A stretch of DNA of 32,000 nucleotides from Flavobacteriaceae bacterium (lineage in GTDB: Bacteria; Bacteroidota; Bacteroidia; Flavobacteriales; Flavobacteriaceae). The DNA is taken from positions 2,250,001-2,282,000 of the forward strand of contig OZ245049.1 of assembly GCA_965224465.1 (NCBI GenBank), written 5' to 3'. The stretch's first letter is position 1; each line of letters opens with the position of its first letter. Below the pieces are notes generated by a model. The model had not been told where the DNA came from and did no database searches. It saw nothing but the letters and a program-made list of their open reading frames with translations. This document shows, one piece after another, positions 15,190 through 25,092 of this stretch. The translations under genes were made by a program, and so were the position numbers.

Positions 15190-16941
15190 TTACGAAGGTA
15201 TTTCTCCTTCTTTTAGAGGAACATTTTGCGGAACAAAATCTTCATCCCATCCTGGCTTACTATAATCATAAGCCCAACGGTGAACTTCTGGAATTGCTCC
15301 AGGCCAATTTCCATGCACATGTTCCACAGGAGTCGTCCATTCCAACGTATTGGAATTCCATGGATTCTGAGTTGCTTTTTTACCCCTATAAATACTCATA
15401 AAGAAGTTCGCTAAAAATATAATTTGAGCAGCCCCTCCAAGAATGGCAAATAAGGTAATTACAATATTAATATCTTGCACATCGTCAAACAACGGAAATG
15501 CAGTATTGTTATAATATCTACGTGGTAATCCAGCCAATCCAACAAAATGCATTGGAAAGAAAACACCATAGGCGGCGACTGCTGTAATCCAAAAATGCCA
15601 GTATCCTAAAGTTTTATTCATCATTCTCCCATACATTTTAGGGAACCAATGATACACACCCGCAAACATTCCGTAAATAGCAGACACACCCATCACCAAG
15701 TGAAAATGCGCCACTACAAAGTAAGTGTCATGGACATTTATATCCAAGGCTGAATCTCCTAAAACCAATCCTGTCAATCCACCTGTAATAAAAGTAGAAA
15801 CAAGTCCTATAGAAAATAACATGGCTGGATTCATTTGCAGATTCCCTTTCCATAAAGTCGTTAAATAGTTAAATGATTTTACAGCTGATGGAATGGCAAT
15901 TAACAAGGTTGTAAAAGTAAATACAGACCCCAAGAAAGGATTCATTCCAGACACAAACATATGATGACCCCAAACAATAGTAGACAAGAATGCTATGGCT
16001 ATAATCGATGCAATCATGGCACGGTACCCAAAAATAGGTTTTCTAGAATTTGTAGAAATTACTTCAGAAGTAATACCTAATGCTGGCAATAATACAATAT
16101 ACACCTCTGGATGTCCTAGAAACCAAAATAGATGTTCGAACAGCACAGGTGAACCTCCTTGATAATGCAGCACTTCACCGTTTATAAAAATATCAGACAA
16201 AAAGAATGATGTTCCGAAACTACGATCAAAAATTAATAATAAGGCAGCTGACAACAATACTGGAAATGAAACTACTCCAATAATAGCAGTTACAAAAAAG
16301 GTCCAGATAGTTAAAGGCAAACGTGTCATTTTCATACCCACGGTACGTAAATTAAGCACGGTTACAATATAATTTAATGATCCCAACAAAGAGGATGCAA
16401 TAAAAATAGCCATAGAAATCAACCACAATGTCATTCCCATCCCAGAGCCTGGCATTGCTTGTGGCAAGGCACTTAGAGGAGGATAAATAGTCCATCCTGC
16501 AGCTGCAGGTCCTGCTTCCACAAATAAGGAAATCAGCATTAATAAACTAGATAAGAAAAACAACCAGTAAGAGACCATATTCAAAAATCCAGAAGCCATA
16601 TCACGAGCTCCAATTTGCAATGGAATTAATAAATTACTAAACGTTCCACTCAGTCCAGCTGTAAGTACAAAAAACACCATAATGGTTCCGTGAATAGTCA
16701 CTAAGGCTAAGTACATATCTGGAGTCATTACTCCATCAACTTGATGAGGGCCTAAAAAGGCTTCGATTAGGGTAAATGAATGGTCTGGCCAAGCTATTTG
16801 TAACCGAAACATCATGGACATTAAAACGCCAATGACTCCCATAAAAATACCTGTCACCAAGTATTGTTTTGAAATCATTTTATGATCGGTACTAAAAATA
16901 TATTTTGTTACAAAAGTTTCTTTGTGATGATGCGCTGACAT
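15190..16941 (-). CDS. ctaD: Cytochrome c oxidase subunit I (heme-copper oxidase, aa3-type)
   Basis: 583 aa, polytopic. Carries signature motifs GHPEVYIVLLPALG, WGHHMF (CuB His pair) and VVAHFHLVM (heme ligands). Confidence 0.95.
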   Translation of the reverse strand: MSAHHHKETFVTKYIFSTDHKMISKQYLVTGIFMGVIGVLMSMMFRLQIAWPDHSFTLIEAFLGPHQVDGVMTPDMYLALVTIHGTIMVFFVLTAGLSGTFSNLLIPLQIGARDMASGFLNMVSYWLFFLSSLLMLISLFVEAGPAAAGWTIYPPLSALPQAMPGSGMGMTLWLISMAIFIASSLLGSLNYIVTVLNLRTVGMKMTRLPLTIWTFFVTAIIGVVSFPVLLSAALLLIFDRSFGTSFFLSDIFINGEVLHYQGGSPVLFEHLFWFLGHPEVYIVLLPALGITSEVISTNSRKPIFGYRAMIASIIAIAFLSTIVWGHHMFVSGMNPFLGSVFTFTTLLIAIPSAVKSFNYLTTLWKGNLQMNPAMLFSIGLVSTFITGGLTGLVLGDSALDINVHDTYFVVAHFHLVMGVSAIYGMFAGVYHWFPKMYGRMMNKTLGYWHFWITAVAAYGVFFPMHFVGLAGLPRRYYNNTAFPLFDDVQDINIVITLFAILGGAAQIIFLANFFMSIYRGKKATQNPWNSNTLEWTTPVEHVHGNWPGAIPEVHRWAYDYSKPGWDEDFVPQNVPLKEGEIPS

Positions 16942-17015
16942 AGCTCTAATTTTGTTAGTTGTTAGTTACTAGTATTTGATTGCTAGTTATTGATGCTAGA
17001 TATTGGTACTACTTT

Positions 17016-18023
17016 TTAGTTCAGTACTTGAGCAATTGTTTTCTGAGATTTTAACCAAGTATTAAATGCTTCTTCTTCTTGTACTACAATTTTCATTTGC
17101 ATATTGTAATGAGAGGAACCACAAATTTTGTTACATAATAATAAGTAATCAAATTCGTAGGCATCTTCACCTTTCGCTTTTCTTATTTTATTAATCCCAG
17201 CAACCTTAGCAATGGTCGCAGTATTTACTCTCATTTCTTCAGTAGTAAACTTGGGTGTAAAAGAAAATTGAGTAATCATCCCAGGGACACAGTTCATTTG
17301 CGCTCTAAAATGCGGCATATAAGCTGAGTGTAATACATCTTGGGAACGAAATTTAAAAATCACTTGACGTCCTTTAGGTAAATACAATACACGCGTTGGA
17401 ATATCATCTTGGGCATTTTTATCGGTCATATCAACACCCATGGTATTCTTTCCTTTAATGTTTCTAACATTCCCCCTACCTAGAGTTTGATCAGCACCAG
17501 CATAGCGAGCTTCCCATTGAAATTGTTGGGCATACACTTCAACAATTAAAGGGTCTTTAGCATCTGAAACATCCATAAAATTATTCCATGCCCATAATCC
17601 ATAAATTACAAGGACAGACAATACAATAGTTGGAACAGTGGTCCAAATTAACTCTAGTTTATGGCTATCCGCATAAAAAAGTGCTTTTGTTCCTTTCTTA
17701 CCTCTGTATTTAAAGGCAAAATAAAACAATAAAAATTGAGTAATTGCTTGAACAAATAGGATCAGCAACATGGTAATTACATATAAGTTATCGTAGTGCT
17801 CTCCTTCTATCGAAGCCGATTCGGGAAGTAATACAACATTGTAAGCCACTAAACAGTAGATCATCAATACATAAAAAAAGACACCAAACGCAGCGAATAA
17901 GTATCCCTGTGTATTATTATCTTTCTCGGTAGCGATGACACCTTTTAGATTAAAAATATTTGTAATTTGCCATAAAGCAATAGCAGTCACTATCGCAATA
18001 AAAATGTAAATTAATGCAGTCAT
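17016..18023 (-). CDS. coxB: Cytochrome c oxidase subunit II (no fused cytochrome c domain)
   Basis: 335 aa with two or three N-terminal TM helices. CuA ligand pattern DVLHSAYMPHF ... CNKICGSSHYNM (H...CxxxCxxxHxxM). No CxxCH motif is present. Confidence 0.9.
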   Translation of the reverse strand: MTALIYIFIAIVTAIALWQITNIFNLKGVIATEKDNNTQGYLFAAFGVFFYVLMIYCLVAYNVVLLPESASIEGEHYDNLYVITMLLILFVQAITQFLLFYFAFKYRGKKGTKALFYADSHKLELIWTTVPTIVLSVLVIYGLWAWNNFMDVSDAKDPLIVEVYAQQFQWEARYAGADQTLGRGNVRNIKGKNTMGVDMTDKNAQDDIPTRVLYLPKGRQVIFKFRSQDVLHSAYMPHFRAQMNCVPGMITQFSFTPKFTTEEMRVNTATIAKVAGINKIRKAKGEDAYEFDYLLLCNKICGSSHYNMQMKIVVQEEEAFNTWLKSQKTIAQVLN

Positions 18024-18056
18024 TATAGTTTGTTAGTTAGTAATAGTGAGCCAAAT

Positions 18057-18090
18057 ATAAAAAAAATCCTGAACATAACCAGTTCAGGAT
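18057..18090 (-). terminator. Intrinsic terminator between actF and coxB
   Basis: 9-bp stem atcctgaac (18066-18074) / gttcaggat (18082-18090) with a 7-nt loop. On the minus strand it is followed by a T-run (complement of the A-run at 18057-18065). It sits 28 nt past the actF stop. Confidence 0.55.
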
Positions 18091-18117
18091 TTTATTATAC
18101 CTTTTTTTTTATATTTT

Positions 18118-19458
18118 TTAATAGTGAAAACCTTCACTTTCTTTAAGATACGGATTGTTTTTTACTACAAGTGGAGCTTTTGATAAAGCATTAAATACCA
18201 CATAAATAAATATCCCTGCAATCAACAATACAGCACCTATTTCTGGAATTCCAATAAACCAATGTGTTCCTACAGTTGCAGGCATCACCATTACGAAGAT
18301 GTCTATATAATGCCCTATAAGGATTACAATACCTGTAACCATCACAAACCAATTTAGGCGTTTAAAATCGCTATTCATCAATACGAGTAATGGGAATACA
18401 AAATTTAATCCGACCATTCCTAAAAACGGCAAACGATAATCTTCAAATCTTGTAATAAAATAAGTTACCTCCTCTGGAATATTTGCATACCATATCAACA
18501 TGAATTGTGAAAACCATAAATACGTCCAGAAAACACTGAATCCAAACATGTATTTAGCTAAATCATGTAAATGACTCTTGTTTACTACTTCTAAATACCC
18601 TTGTCCTTTTAGGTACATGGTAACCAAAGCAATTACTGTAACAGCAGATACGATAGCACTCGAAAATATATACCAACCGAATAAGGTAGAGAACCAGTGT
18701 GGATCTAAGGACATAATCCAGTCCCAAGACATCATAGATTCCGTGATTAAGAAAAACACTAAAAACCCTGCTGATCGCTTGAATAATTTACGATAATTCC
18801 CAGTATCAACAATATCTTGAGCCTTTGTTAATTTACGAGAATGCCATTGGAAAAAAGACCAACCTCCGATATAAATAACAGCTCTTATTAAAAAGAAAGG
18901 TACATTTAAGTATCCTTCTTTATTTTGCAATAATTGATCTCCAGCAACTACATCAGCATCCATCCATATAAAAAGATGATTCATATGCATTCCTGATAAT
19001 ACCAAAAACACAAATAACAAAATACCTCCTATTGGTAAATAAGCAGCGATGGCTTCCATTACTCGAAACAATACAATAGACCATCCTGCCTGAGTTGCAT
19101 TCTGAATTGCATAAAAAGCAAGTGCTGTTAATGAAATTATTAAGAAAAAGAATATCGCCACATACAATGCAGACCAAGGTCTATTTTGCAATTGGTGTAA
19201 AACATGGAGCGCATGTGCATCGTGTGCCTCCTCCGTACTATGAGCATCTGTTGTATTATGACTTTCCGTTGTAGTTGTCTCATGTGATGCTTCGGCATGT
19301 GTATCAACAGCATGCGTATCATGACTTTCGTGAGCCATCATTTCTTTGACTTCCTCTACCGTACTAGGCGTAGATAAAAATCCGTAAGTAACGCCTAGAA
19401 GCCCAACAATCATTAAGGCAAACGAAAATGTTTTTAATTTACTTGAAAATGTATACAT
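18118..19458 (-). CDS. actF: Alternative Complex III subunit ActF (polytopic NrfD-like membrane subunit; quinol:cytochrome c oxidoreductase)
   Basis: 446 aa and strongly hydrophobic. It is the last gene of the actABCDEF order, directly upstream of the cox genes. It carries a His/Thr/Glu-rich insert after the first TM helix. Confidence 0.7.
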   Translation of the reverse strand: MYTFSSKLKTFSFALMIVGLLGVTYGFLSTPSTVEEVKEMMAHESHDTHAVDTHAEASHETTTTESHNTTDAHSTEEAHDAHALHVLHQLQNRPWSALYVAIFFFLIISLTALAFYAIQNATQAGWSIVLFRVMEAIAAYLPIGGILLFVFLVLSGMHMNHLFIWMDADVVAGDQLLQNKEGYLNVPFFLIRAVIYIGGWSFFQWHSRKLTKAQDIVDTGNYRKLFKRSAGFLVFFLITESMMSWDWIMSLDPHWFSTLFGWYIFSSAIVSAVTVIALVTMYLKGQGYLEVVNKSHLHDLAKYMFGFSVFWTYLWFSQFMLIWYANIPEEVTYFITRFEDYRLPFLGMVGLNFVFPLLVLMNSDFKRLNWFVMVTGIVILIGHYIDIFVMVMPATVGTHWFIGIPEIGAVLLIAGIFIYVVFNALSKAPLVVKNNPYLKESEGFHY

Positions 19459-19485
19459 ATCTTTAAATTCTATCTTCCTTAAGTA

Positions 19486-20043
19486 TTATTTAATTAAATC
19501 ACTTCTGAGTTGTTCCACATACATGACTATTTGCCAACGCTCTTTTTCTGTTAGTTGAGAAGCGTGAGATCCCATCATATTTCTACCATACATAATCACA
19601 TGATAAATAGATCCCTCAGTAATATCACGAGAACTATAATTAGGAATCCCTAAGAATTTTTCGCGTTTTACAAGTACACCATCTCCTGCTCCCTTTTTTC
19701 CGTGACAAGAAATACAGTAAATGTTGTACATAGCTTTTCCATTCTTCATATTGGCATCATTCTTTTCAAAGGGAGATTTTAACTCCACTTTAGCCAATTC
19801 ATATCCTTGATTTGTATTTTCATAGGCGTAAGGAAACGCATGTCCACGAGCAATGGTGCCTTCTACAGGTTTTTGTACTGTCATCCCATTTTTTAAAATA
19901 GGATTTACACTATACGTTTCATACCCAATAGACTCATACATATCTGGCATGTATTGATAATTCCTTTTTGATTTATCTGTCCAACATGATGTGATCATCA
20001 CAGACATCATCAATAGGGCTATATATTTAATCGAGTTTTTCAT
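19486..20043 (-). CDS. actE: Alternative Complex III subunit ActE (monoheme cytochrome c, probable lipoprotein)
   Basis: 185 aa. Signal peptide ends in the lipobox-like MITSC. There is a single CISCH heme-binding motif. The position between actD and actF fits. Confidence 0.8.
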   Translation of the reverse strand: MKNSIKYIALLMMSVMITSCWTDKSKRNYQYMPDMYESIGYETYSVNPILKNGMTVQKPVEGTIARGHAFPYAYENTNQGYELAKVELKSPFEKNDANMKNGKAMYNIYCISCHGKKGAGDGVLVKREKFLGIPNYSSRDITEGSIYHVIMYGRNMMGSHASQLTEKERWQIVMYVEQLRSDLIK

Positions 20044-20048
20044 TTCTC

Positions 20049-20573
20049 TTAAAGCTTTTCGGTTACTTTTAATTCGATGGCGCCTGTTTTTGTAAGCAAT
20101 GCAGACATTTCATCTTCGTTTCCATCCAATACAATTTCCATTACAAACATATCATCCGTAGTACGTGGATCAGGATTTTCTGCTTCTTTAAACGGCCATA
20201 ATCTACTTCTCATATAAAAAGTAATTACCATTAAGTGAGCAGCAAAAAATATAGTCAATTCAAACATAATTGGCACAAATGCTGGCATATTCTGAATATA
20301 AGACATATTAGGTTTCCCACCAATGTCTTGCGGCCAATCCTCAATCATCATATAATTCATCATCCATGTTGCAAAGCATAAGCCAATACAACCATAAATA
20401 AATGCAGCGATGGCAAGTCTTGTTTCTTTCAAGCCCATAGCTTTGTCTAAACCATGAACAGGAAACGGCGTGTACACTTCTTCGATCTGATGATTGGCTG
20501 CACGAACTTCTTTTACAGCATCCAATAGGATATCATCATCATTATACATTGCTTGTATTACTTTTCTACTCAT
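20049..20573 (-). CDS. actD: Alternative Complex III subunit ActD (DUF3341-like membrane protein)
   Basis: 174 aa with two central hydrophobic helices. The start overlaps the actC stop by 8 nt (20566-20573). The position in the cluster fits. Confidence 0.75.
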   Translation of the reverse strand: MSRKVIQAMYNDDDILLDAVKEVRAANHQIEEVYTPFPVHGLDKAMGLKETRLAIAAFIYGCIGLCFATWMMNYMMIEDWPQDIGGKPNMSYIQNMPAFVPIMFELTIFFAAHLMVITFYMRSRLWPFKEAENPDPRTTDDMFVMEIVLDGNEDEMSALLTKTGAIELKVTEKL

Positions 20574-21954
20574 GATTTTCAGCTCTTAATTTTTTATATT
20601 GATCTCCTGATGATTTCAAAATTGATTTTATCTCTGCTTGTGCAATCACAGGGAATGTACGCGCATATAATAGGAAAAGTACAAAGAAGAATCCTATAGT
20701 TCCAACATAAATACCAATATCTACAAAGGTAGGTGAAAACATGGTCCATGAAGATGGTAAATAATCTCTGTGCAATGAAGTAACAATAATAACAAAACGT
20801 TCAAACCACATTCCGATATTTACAACCAATGCTATAAAGAAAGAGAACATAAAACTTGTTCTTAAGCGTTTGATCCACATAAACTGAGGTGATAACACAT
20901 TACAAGACATCATAAACAAATAGGCCCACCAATAAGGTCCCGTCGCTCTATTTAAAAACGCATATTGTTCATATTCAACTCCAGAATACCATGCGATAAA
21001 TAATTCGGTGATATACGCACAACCAACAATAGAACCTGTAACCATAATTACTATGTTCATTAGTTCAATATGTTGTATGGTTATATAAGCCTCTAAACTT
21101 ACCACTTTACGCATAATGATTAACAAGGTGTTTACCATAGCAAATCCAGAGAATACCGCTCCAGCCACAAAATATGGAGGGAAAATAGTGGTATGCCATC
21201 CTGGAATTACCGAAGTAGCGAAATCAAAAGATACAATCGTATGTACAGAAAGTACAAGTGGGGTAGCCAATCCAGCCAACACCAATGATACCTCTTCAAA
21301 TCGTTGCCAATCTTTTGCACGACCTGTCCAACCAAAACTCAACAATCCATATATTTTCTTTTGGAATGGTTTTACTGCACGGTCACGTAACATGGCAAAA
21401 TCAGGTAATAATCCAGTCCACCAGAAAACTAATGACACCGACAAATAGGTAGAAATTGCAAATACATCCCACAATAATGGAGAGTTAAAATTGGTCCATA
21501 AAGACCCAAACTGATTTGGCAATGGCAATACAAAATGGGCATTCCATGCACGTCCCATGTGAATAATAGGGAACAAACCTGCTTGAATAACTGCAAAAAT
21601 AGTCATGGCTTCCGCTGAACGGTTAATACCCATACGCCATTTTTGACGAAATAGTAATAGTACTGCTGAAATTAGGGTTCCTGCATGTCCGATACCTACC
21701 CACCAAACAAAGTTGGTAATATCCCAGGCCCATCCAACGGTCTTATTCAATCCCCAAACTCCAATTCCGGTTCCAATGGTATAAAATATTGACCCCAATC
21801 CCCAAAGGAAGGCAGCCAAGGCAACAAGAAAAGTAGCCCACCATAATTTATTTGCTTTTCCTTCAACTGGTCTAGCTACATCCAACGTAATGTCGTGGTA
21901 GCTTTTATTTCCAATAATCAAAGGCTCTCTAATAGGTGCTTCGTAATGAGACAT
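20566..21954 (-). CDS. actC: Alternative Complex III subunit ActC (NrfD/PsrC-family quinol-interacting membrane subunit)
   Basis: 462 aa, polytopic and Trp/Phe-rich. It sits immediately downstream of the Fe-S subunit, as in CISM-type complexes. Confidence 0.85.
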   Translation of the reverse strand: MSHYEAPIREPLIIGNKSYHDITLDVARPVEGKANKLWWATFLVALAAFLWGLGSIFYTIGTGIGVWGLNKTVGWAWDITNFVWWVGIGHAGTLISAVLLLFRQKWRMGINRSAEAMTIFAVIQAGLFPIIHMGRAWNAHFVLPLPNQFGSLWTNFNSPLLWDVFAISTYLSVSLVFWWTGLLPDFAMLRDRAVKPFQKKIYGLLSFGWTGRAKDWQRFEEVSLVLAGLATPLVLSVHTIVSFDFATSVIPGWHTTIFPPYFVAGAVFSGFAMVNTLLIIMRKVVSLEAYITIQHIELMNIVIMVTGSIVGCAYITELFIAWYSGVEYEQYAFLNRATGPYWWAYLFMMSCNVLSPQFMWIKRLRTSFMFSFFIALVVNIGMWFERFVIIVTSLHRDYLPSSWTMFSPTFVDIGIYVGTIGFFFVLFLLYARTFPVIAQAEIKSILKSSGDQYKKLRAENHE

Positions 21955-21987
21955 AATTTTTATTTAATTACTCTATCTGTTTATAAT

Positions 21988-24900
21988 CTATGCTTTATTC
22001 GTAACTTTTACTTGATAAACAACGTTTGGTTGTGTACCTACATGCTCTAATAAATGATAAGAACGCGTGTCGTCTTTTAACGCAGCCACTTTATCTTCTT
22101 TATTATTTACATCACCAAAAATCATGGCTCCTGAACTACAAGCATTAGAACAAGCCACTTCAAATTCGTCCGTATTTACTGGACGTCCTTCTTTTTTAGC
22201 TTTTAAAATGGTCGCTTGTGTCATTTGAATACACATCGAACATTTTTCCATTACACCTCTAGAACGCACTACAACATCTGGATTCAATACCATTCTTCCG
22301 TAGTCATCATTCATATTAAAATCAAACTCTTTATTTTCTGGATACTGGAACCAGTTAAAGCGACGTACTTTATAAGGACAGTTATTTGCACAATAACGTG
22401 TTCCTACACATCGATTATAAGCCATTTGATTTTGACCTTGACGACCGTGAGAAGTTGCAGCCACAGGACATACTGTTTCACATGGTGCGTGATTACAGTG
22501 CTGGCACATTACTGGCTGAAAGACTACCTCTGGGTTATCAGAAGGATCTTCTAACTTAGCAAAACCTTGTACAGATCCTGTTTTCCCTAATAATCCATGA
22601 ATATTATCTTTGAATTCGTTGTCTCCTTCAAAGCTTTCTTCTGAAGAATAATAACGGTCAATACGCAACCAGTGCATATCTCTACTCACTCTAATTTCGT
22701 GTTTCCCTACAACAGGCACATTGTTTTCTGCATGACATGCAATAACACATGCTCCACATCCAGTACAGGCATTTAAATCGATAGACAGGTTAAAGTGATG
22801 TCCAATAGAACGATCAAATTTGGTCCATAAATCAACGGTTGTTGCTTCTACTTCTTTATGATTCAATGTAACCATTGGCACTTTATTCCAAGTATGTCTC
22901 GGGTTTAAAGAATGGTCGTTGTATGTTTCTAAGGTGGTTTCTTTTACAATATCACCTCTACCCATTAACGTATTCTGTAGCTGAACACAAGCAAATTCGT
23001 GTTCTCCTTCTACCAATTTTAAACTGACCCCTAATTGAGACGTTTTAAAATCTTTATATAAAGGAAAGGCATTAATACCTGTTTGCATTTCTTCTTTTAG
23101 TCCCTTTTTTCTACCATACCCTAATGCAAGACCTACAGTCCCAACTGCTTGCCCTGGTTGAATAATTACTGGTAAAATTTCAGAAACACCATTTACAGTT
23201 AAGGATACTTTACTCCCATTTAATGCTCCATTAGATACATGCCAATTTTTAACTGCTAATTTCTCAGCATCAAATTTGGACATCGTTAAATAGTTATCCC
23301 AAGAAGCTCTACTAATAGGATCTGGTAATTCTTGCAGCCATGGGTTGCTTGCCATTTGACCATCACCCATTCCTGTTTTTACGTATAACTTTAATTCAAA
23401 GTCACTTGTAGTAGTTGTCTTTCCTAAAACAGTTAATGCAGCGTTTATATCTACATCATTAGTTTCTATGGTAAGAACCTCATTTTTTTTATTAAAAACA
23501 CCATCTTGTAATGCTTGATTCCATGAAGTACCTTCCAGTATATTGGTAGACCAAGACACCTTTAAATAGTCATAATACGATTGATCATTCCCCATCCATT
23601 TTAACATACTGTCTTGGTATTGACGTGTATCAAATAATGGTTGAATGGTAGGTTGAGTTAAACTATACGAACCTGTTTTAATCATTACATCTCCCCAAGC
23701 TTCTAGGTAATGAGGAGTTGGCAAAGCATATTGTACAACAGATGCTGTTTCATCATTTGCGCTTGTAAAAGCAACAGAAAGTTTCACTTTATTTAAACCT
23801 TCTACAAATTCTTTTGCATTTGGTAATGTGTATGCCGCATTTCCATTAAAGGTAAATACAGCTCCAATTTTACCAGCATTCATATCTGTAATTAATTGTG
23901 CAACTGCTTGATCGTTTCCGATGCGTGTATATCTAGTTACTCCAACATTCATTACCTCACTTCCGAGGTGATTGTTTATAGCCAATGCAACTAATTGTGC
24001 ATTTTTATCATTAGCTCCTGCTAAAACAACTCCTTTAGATCCTGCAGCTTTTAATTTTGCAGCGGCTTTAAGAATTGCCGTATTTAAGGGAGATGCTTCC
24101 TGTGTAGAAATACCTCCTACAACAGCTTGGTATAATTTGATTAAAGCCAATCCTTCTTGTGATGGACGGATTCTAGTTCTGTTATCAGCATTTGCTCCAG
24201 AGAGTGTCATGTTAGATTCAAACTGTGCATGATGCGACATTTTTCCGTTTTTTGGAATACGTCCTTTTGCATAACCCGTTTCAAATCCACCACCTTGCCA
24301 ATCTCCAAGGAAATCTGCAGCGATAGAAACAATCACTTCTGCTTTTTCTAAATTATAGTCAGGCAAAGCACGTGTACCATACATTTCTTCAAAAGCATCT
24401 AAAGCTCCTGATTCAGAAACTGAATCGTATATTACGTGACGAACATCACCATATTTTTCTTTGAATTCCGAGATCAAACGACTTGTAGAAGGACTTGCAT
24501 GAGAACCTGATAAGAATACAATCGGTAAATTAGCTTCCTTTAATTCGTTTAACTTAGATATAATTGCTGTATCTGCAGCAGACCAAGCAATTTTTTCGTT
24601 CTTATAAATAGGTGCTTGCAATCTTTTACTATCATATAAAGATAATACAGATGCTTGCACTCTTGCGTTGGTCGCTCCACCAGCCTCTTTATTTGGTTCG
24701 ATTTTGATAGGACGTCCATCCCGAACTTTTACCAATATATTTGCAAAATCAAATCCATCCGCTATAGTAGTTGCATAATAATCAGCAACCCCAGGGATAA
24801 TTTCCTCTGGCTTTATTACATAGGGTATTGTTTTTACGACAGGTCCTTCACAGGCAGCCAGCGATGCAGCGGCAGTAGTAAATCCAACATATTTTAAGAA

Positions 24901-25062
24901 GTCACGACGTGAGGTAGAAGAAGACTCTAAAGTTTCTTTATCACCTAAAAACTCATCTGTAGGAATTTCTTCAACAAACTCATTTTGTCTTAACGTATCA
25001 ACAACAGCACTAGATGTTTCTAGCTCTTCAACACTTTTCCAGTATTTTTTGTTTGATGCCAT
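21988..25062 (-). CDS. actB: Alternative Complex III subunit ActB (Tat-exported molybdopterin-oxidoreductase-like / Fe-S fusion protein)
   Basis: 1,024 aa. Twin-arginine motif SRRDFLKYVGF. The C-terminal ferredoxin-like module has Cys clusters CTGCGACVIAC, CQHCNHAPCETVCP, CVGTRYCANNCP and CSMC. Confidence 0.9.
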   Translation of the reverse strand: MASNKKYWKSVEELETSSAVVDTLRQNEFVEEIPTDEFLGDKETLESSSTSRRDFLKYVGFTTAAASLAACEGPVVKTIPYVIKPEEIIPGVADYYATTIADGFDFANILVKVRDGRPIKIEPNKEAGGATNARVQASVLSLYDSKRLQAPIYKNEKIAWSAADTAIISKLNELKEANLPIVFLSGSHASPSTSRLISEFKEKYGDVRHVIYDSVSESGALDAFEEMYGTRALPDYNLEKAEVIVSIAADFLGDWQGGGFETGYAKGRIPKNGKMSHHAQFESNMTLSGANADNRTRIRPSQEGLALIKLYQAVVGGISTQEASPLNTAILKAAAKLKAAGSKGVVLAGANDKNAQLVALAINNHLGSEVMNVGVTRYTRIGNDQAVAQLITDMNAGKIGAVFTFNGNAAYTLPNAKEFVEGLNKVKLSVAFTSANDETASVVQYALPTPHYLEAWGDVMIKTGSYSLTQPTIQPLFDTRQYQDSMLKWMGNDQSYYDYLKVSWSTNILEGTSWNQALQDGVFNKKNEVLTIETNDVDINAALTVLGKTTTTSDFELKLYVKTGMGDGQMASNPWLQELPDPISRASWDNYLTMSKFDAEKLAVKNWHVSNGALNGSKVSLTVNGVSEILPVIIQPGQAVGTVGLALGYGRKKGLKEEMQTGINAFPLYKDFKTSQLGVSLKLVEGEHEFACVQLQNTLMGRGDIVKETTLETYNDHSLNPRHTWNKVPMVTLNHKEVEATTVDLWTKFDRSIGHHFNLSIDLNACTGCGACVIACHAENNVPVVGKHEIRVSRDMHWLRIDRYYSSEESFEGDNEFKDNIHGLLGKTGSVQGFAKLEDPSDNPEVVFQPVMCQHCNHAPCETVCPVAATSHGRQGQNQMAYNRCVGTRYCANNCPYKVRRFNWFQYPENKEFDFNMNDDYGRMVLNPDVVVRSRGVMEKCSMCIQMTQATILKAKKEGRPVNTDEFEVACSNACSSGAMIFGDVNNKEDKVAALKDDTRSYHLLEHVGTQPNVVYQVKVTNKA

Positions 25063-25092
25063 TTTATAATTTGTTATTTCTTTCGTTAGTTA

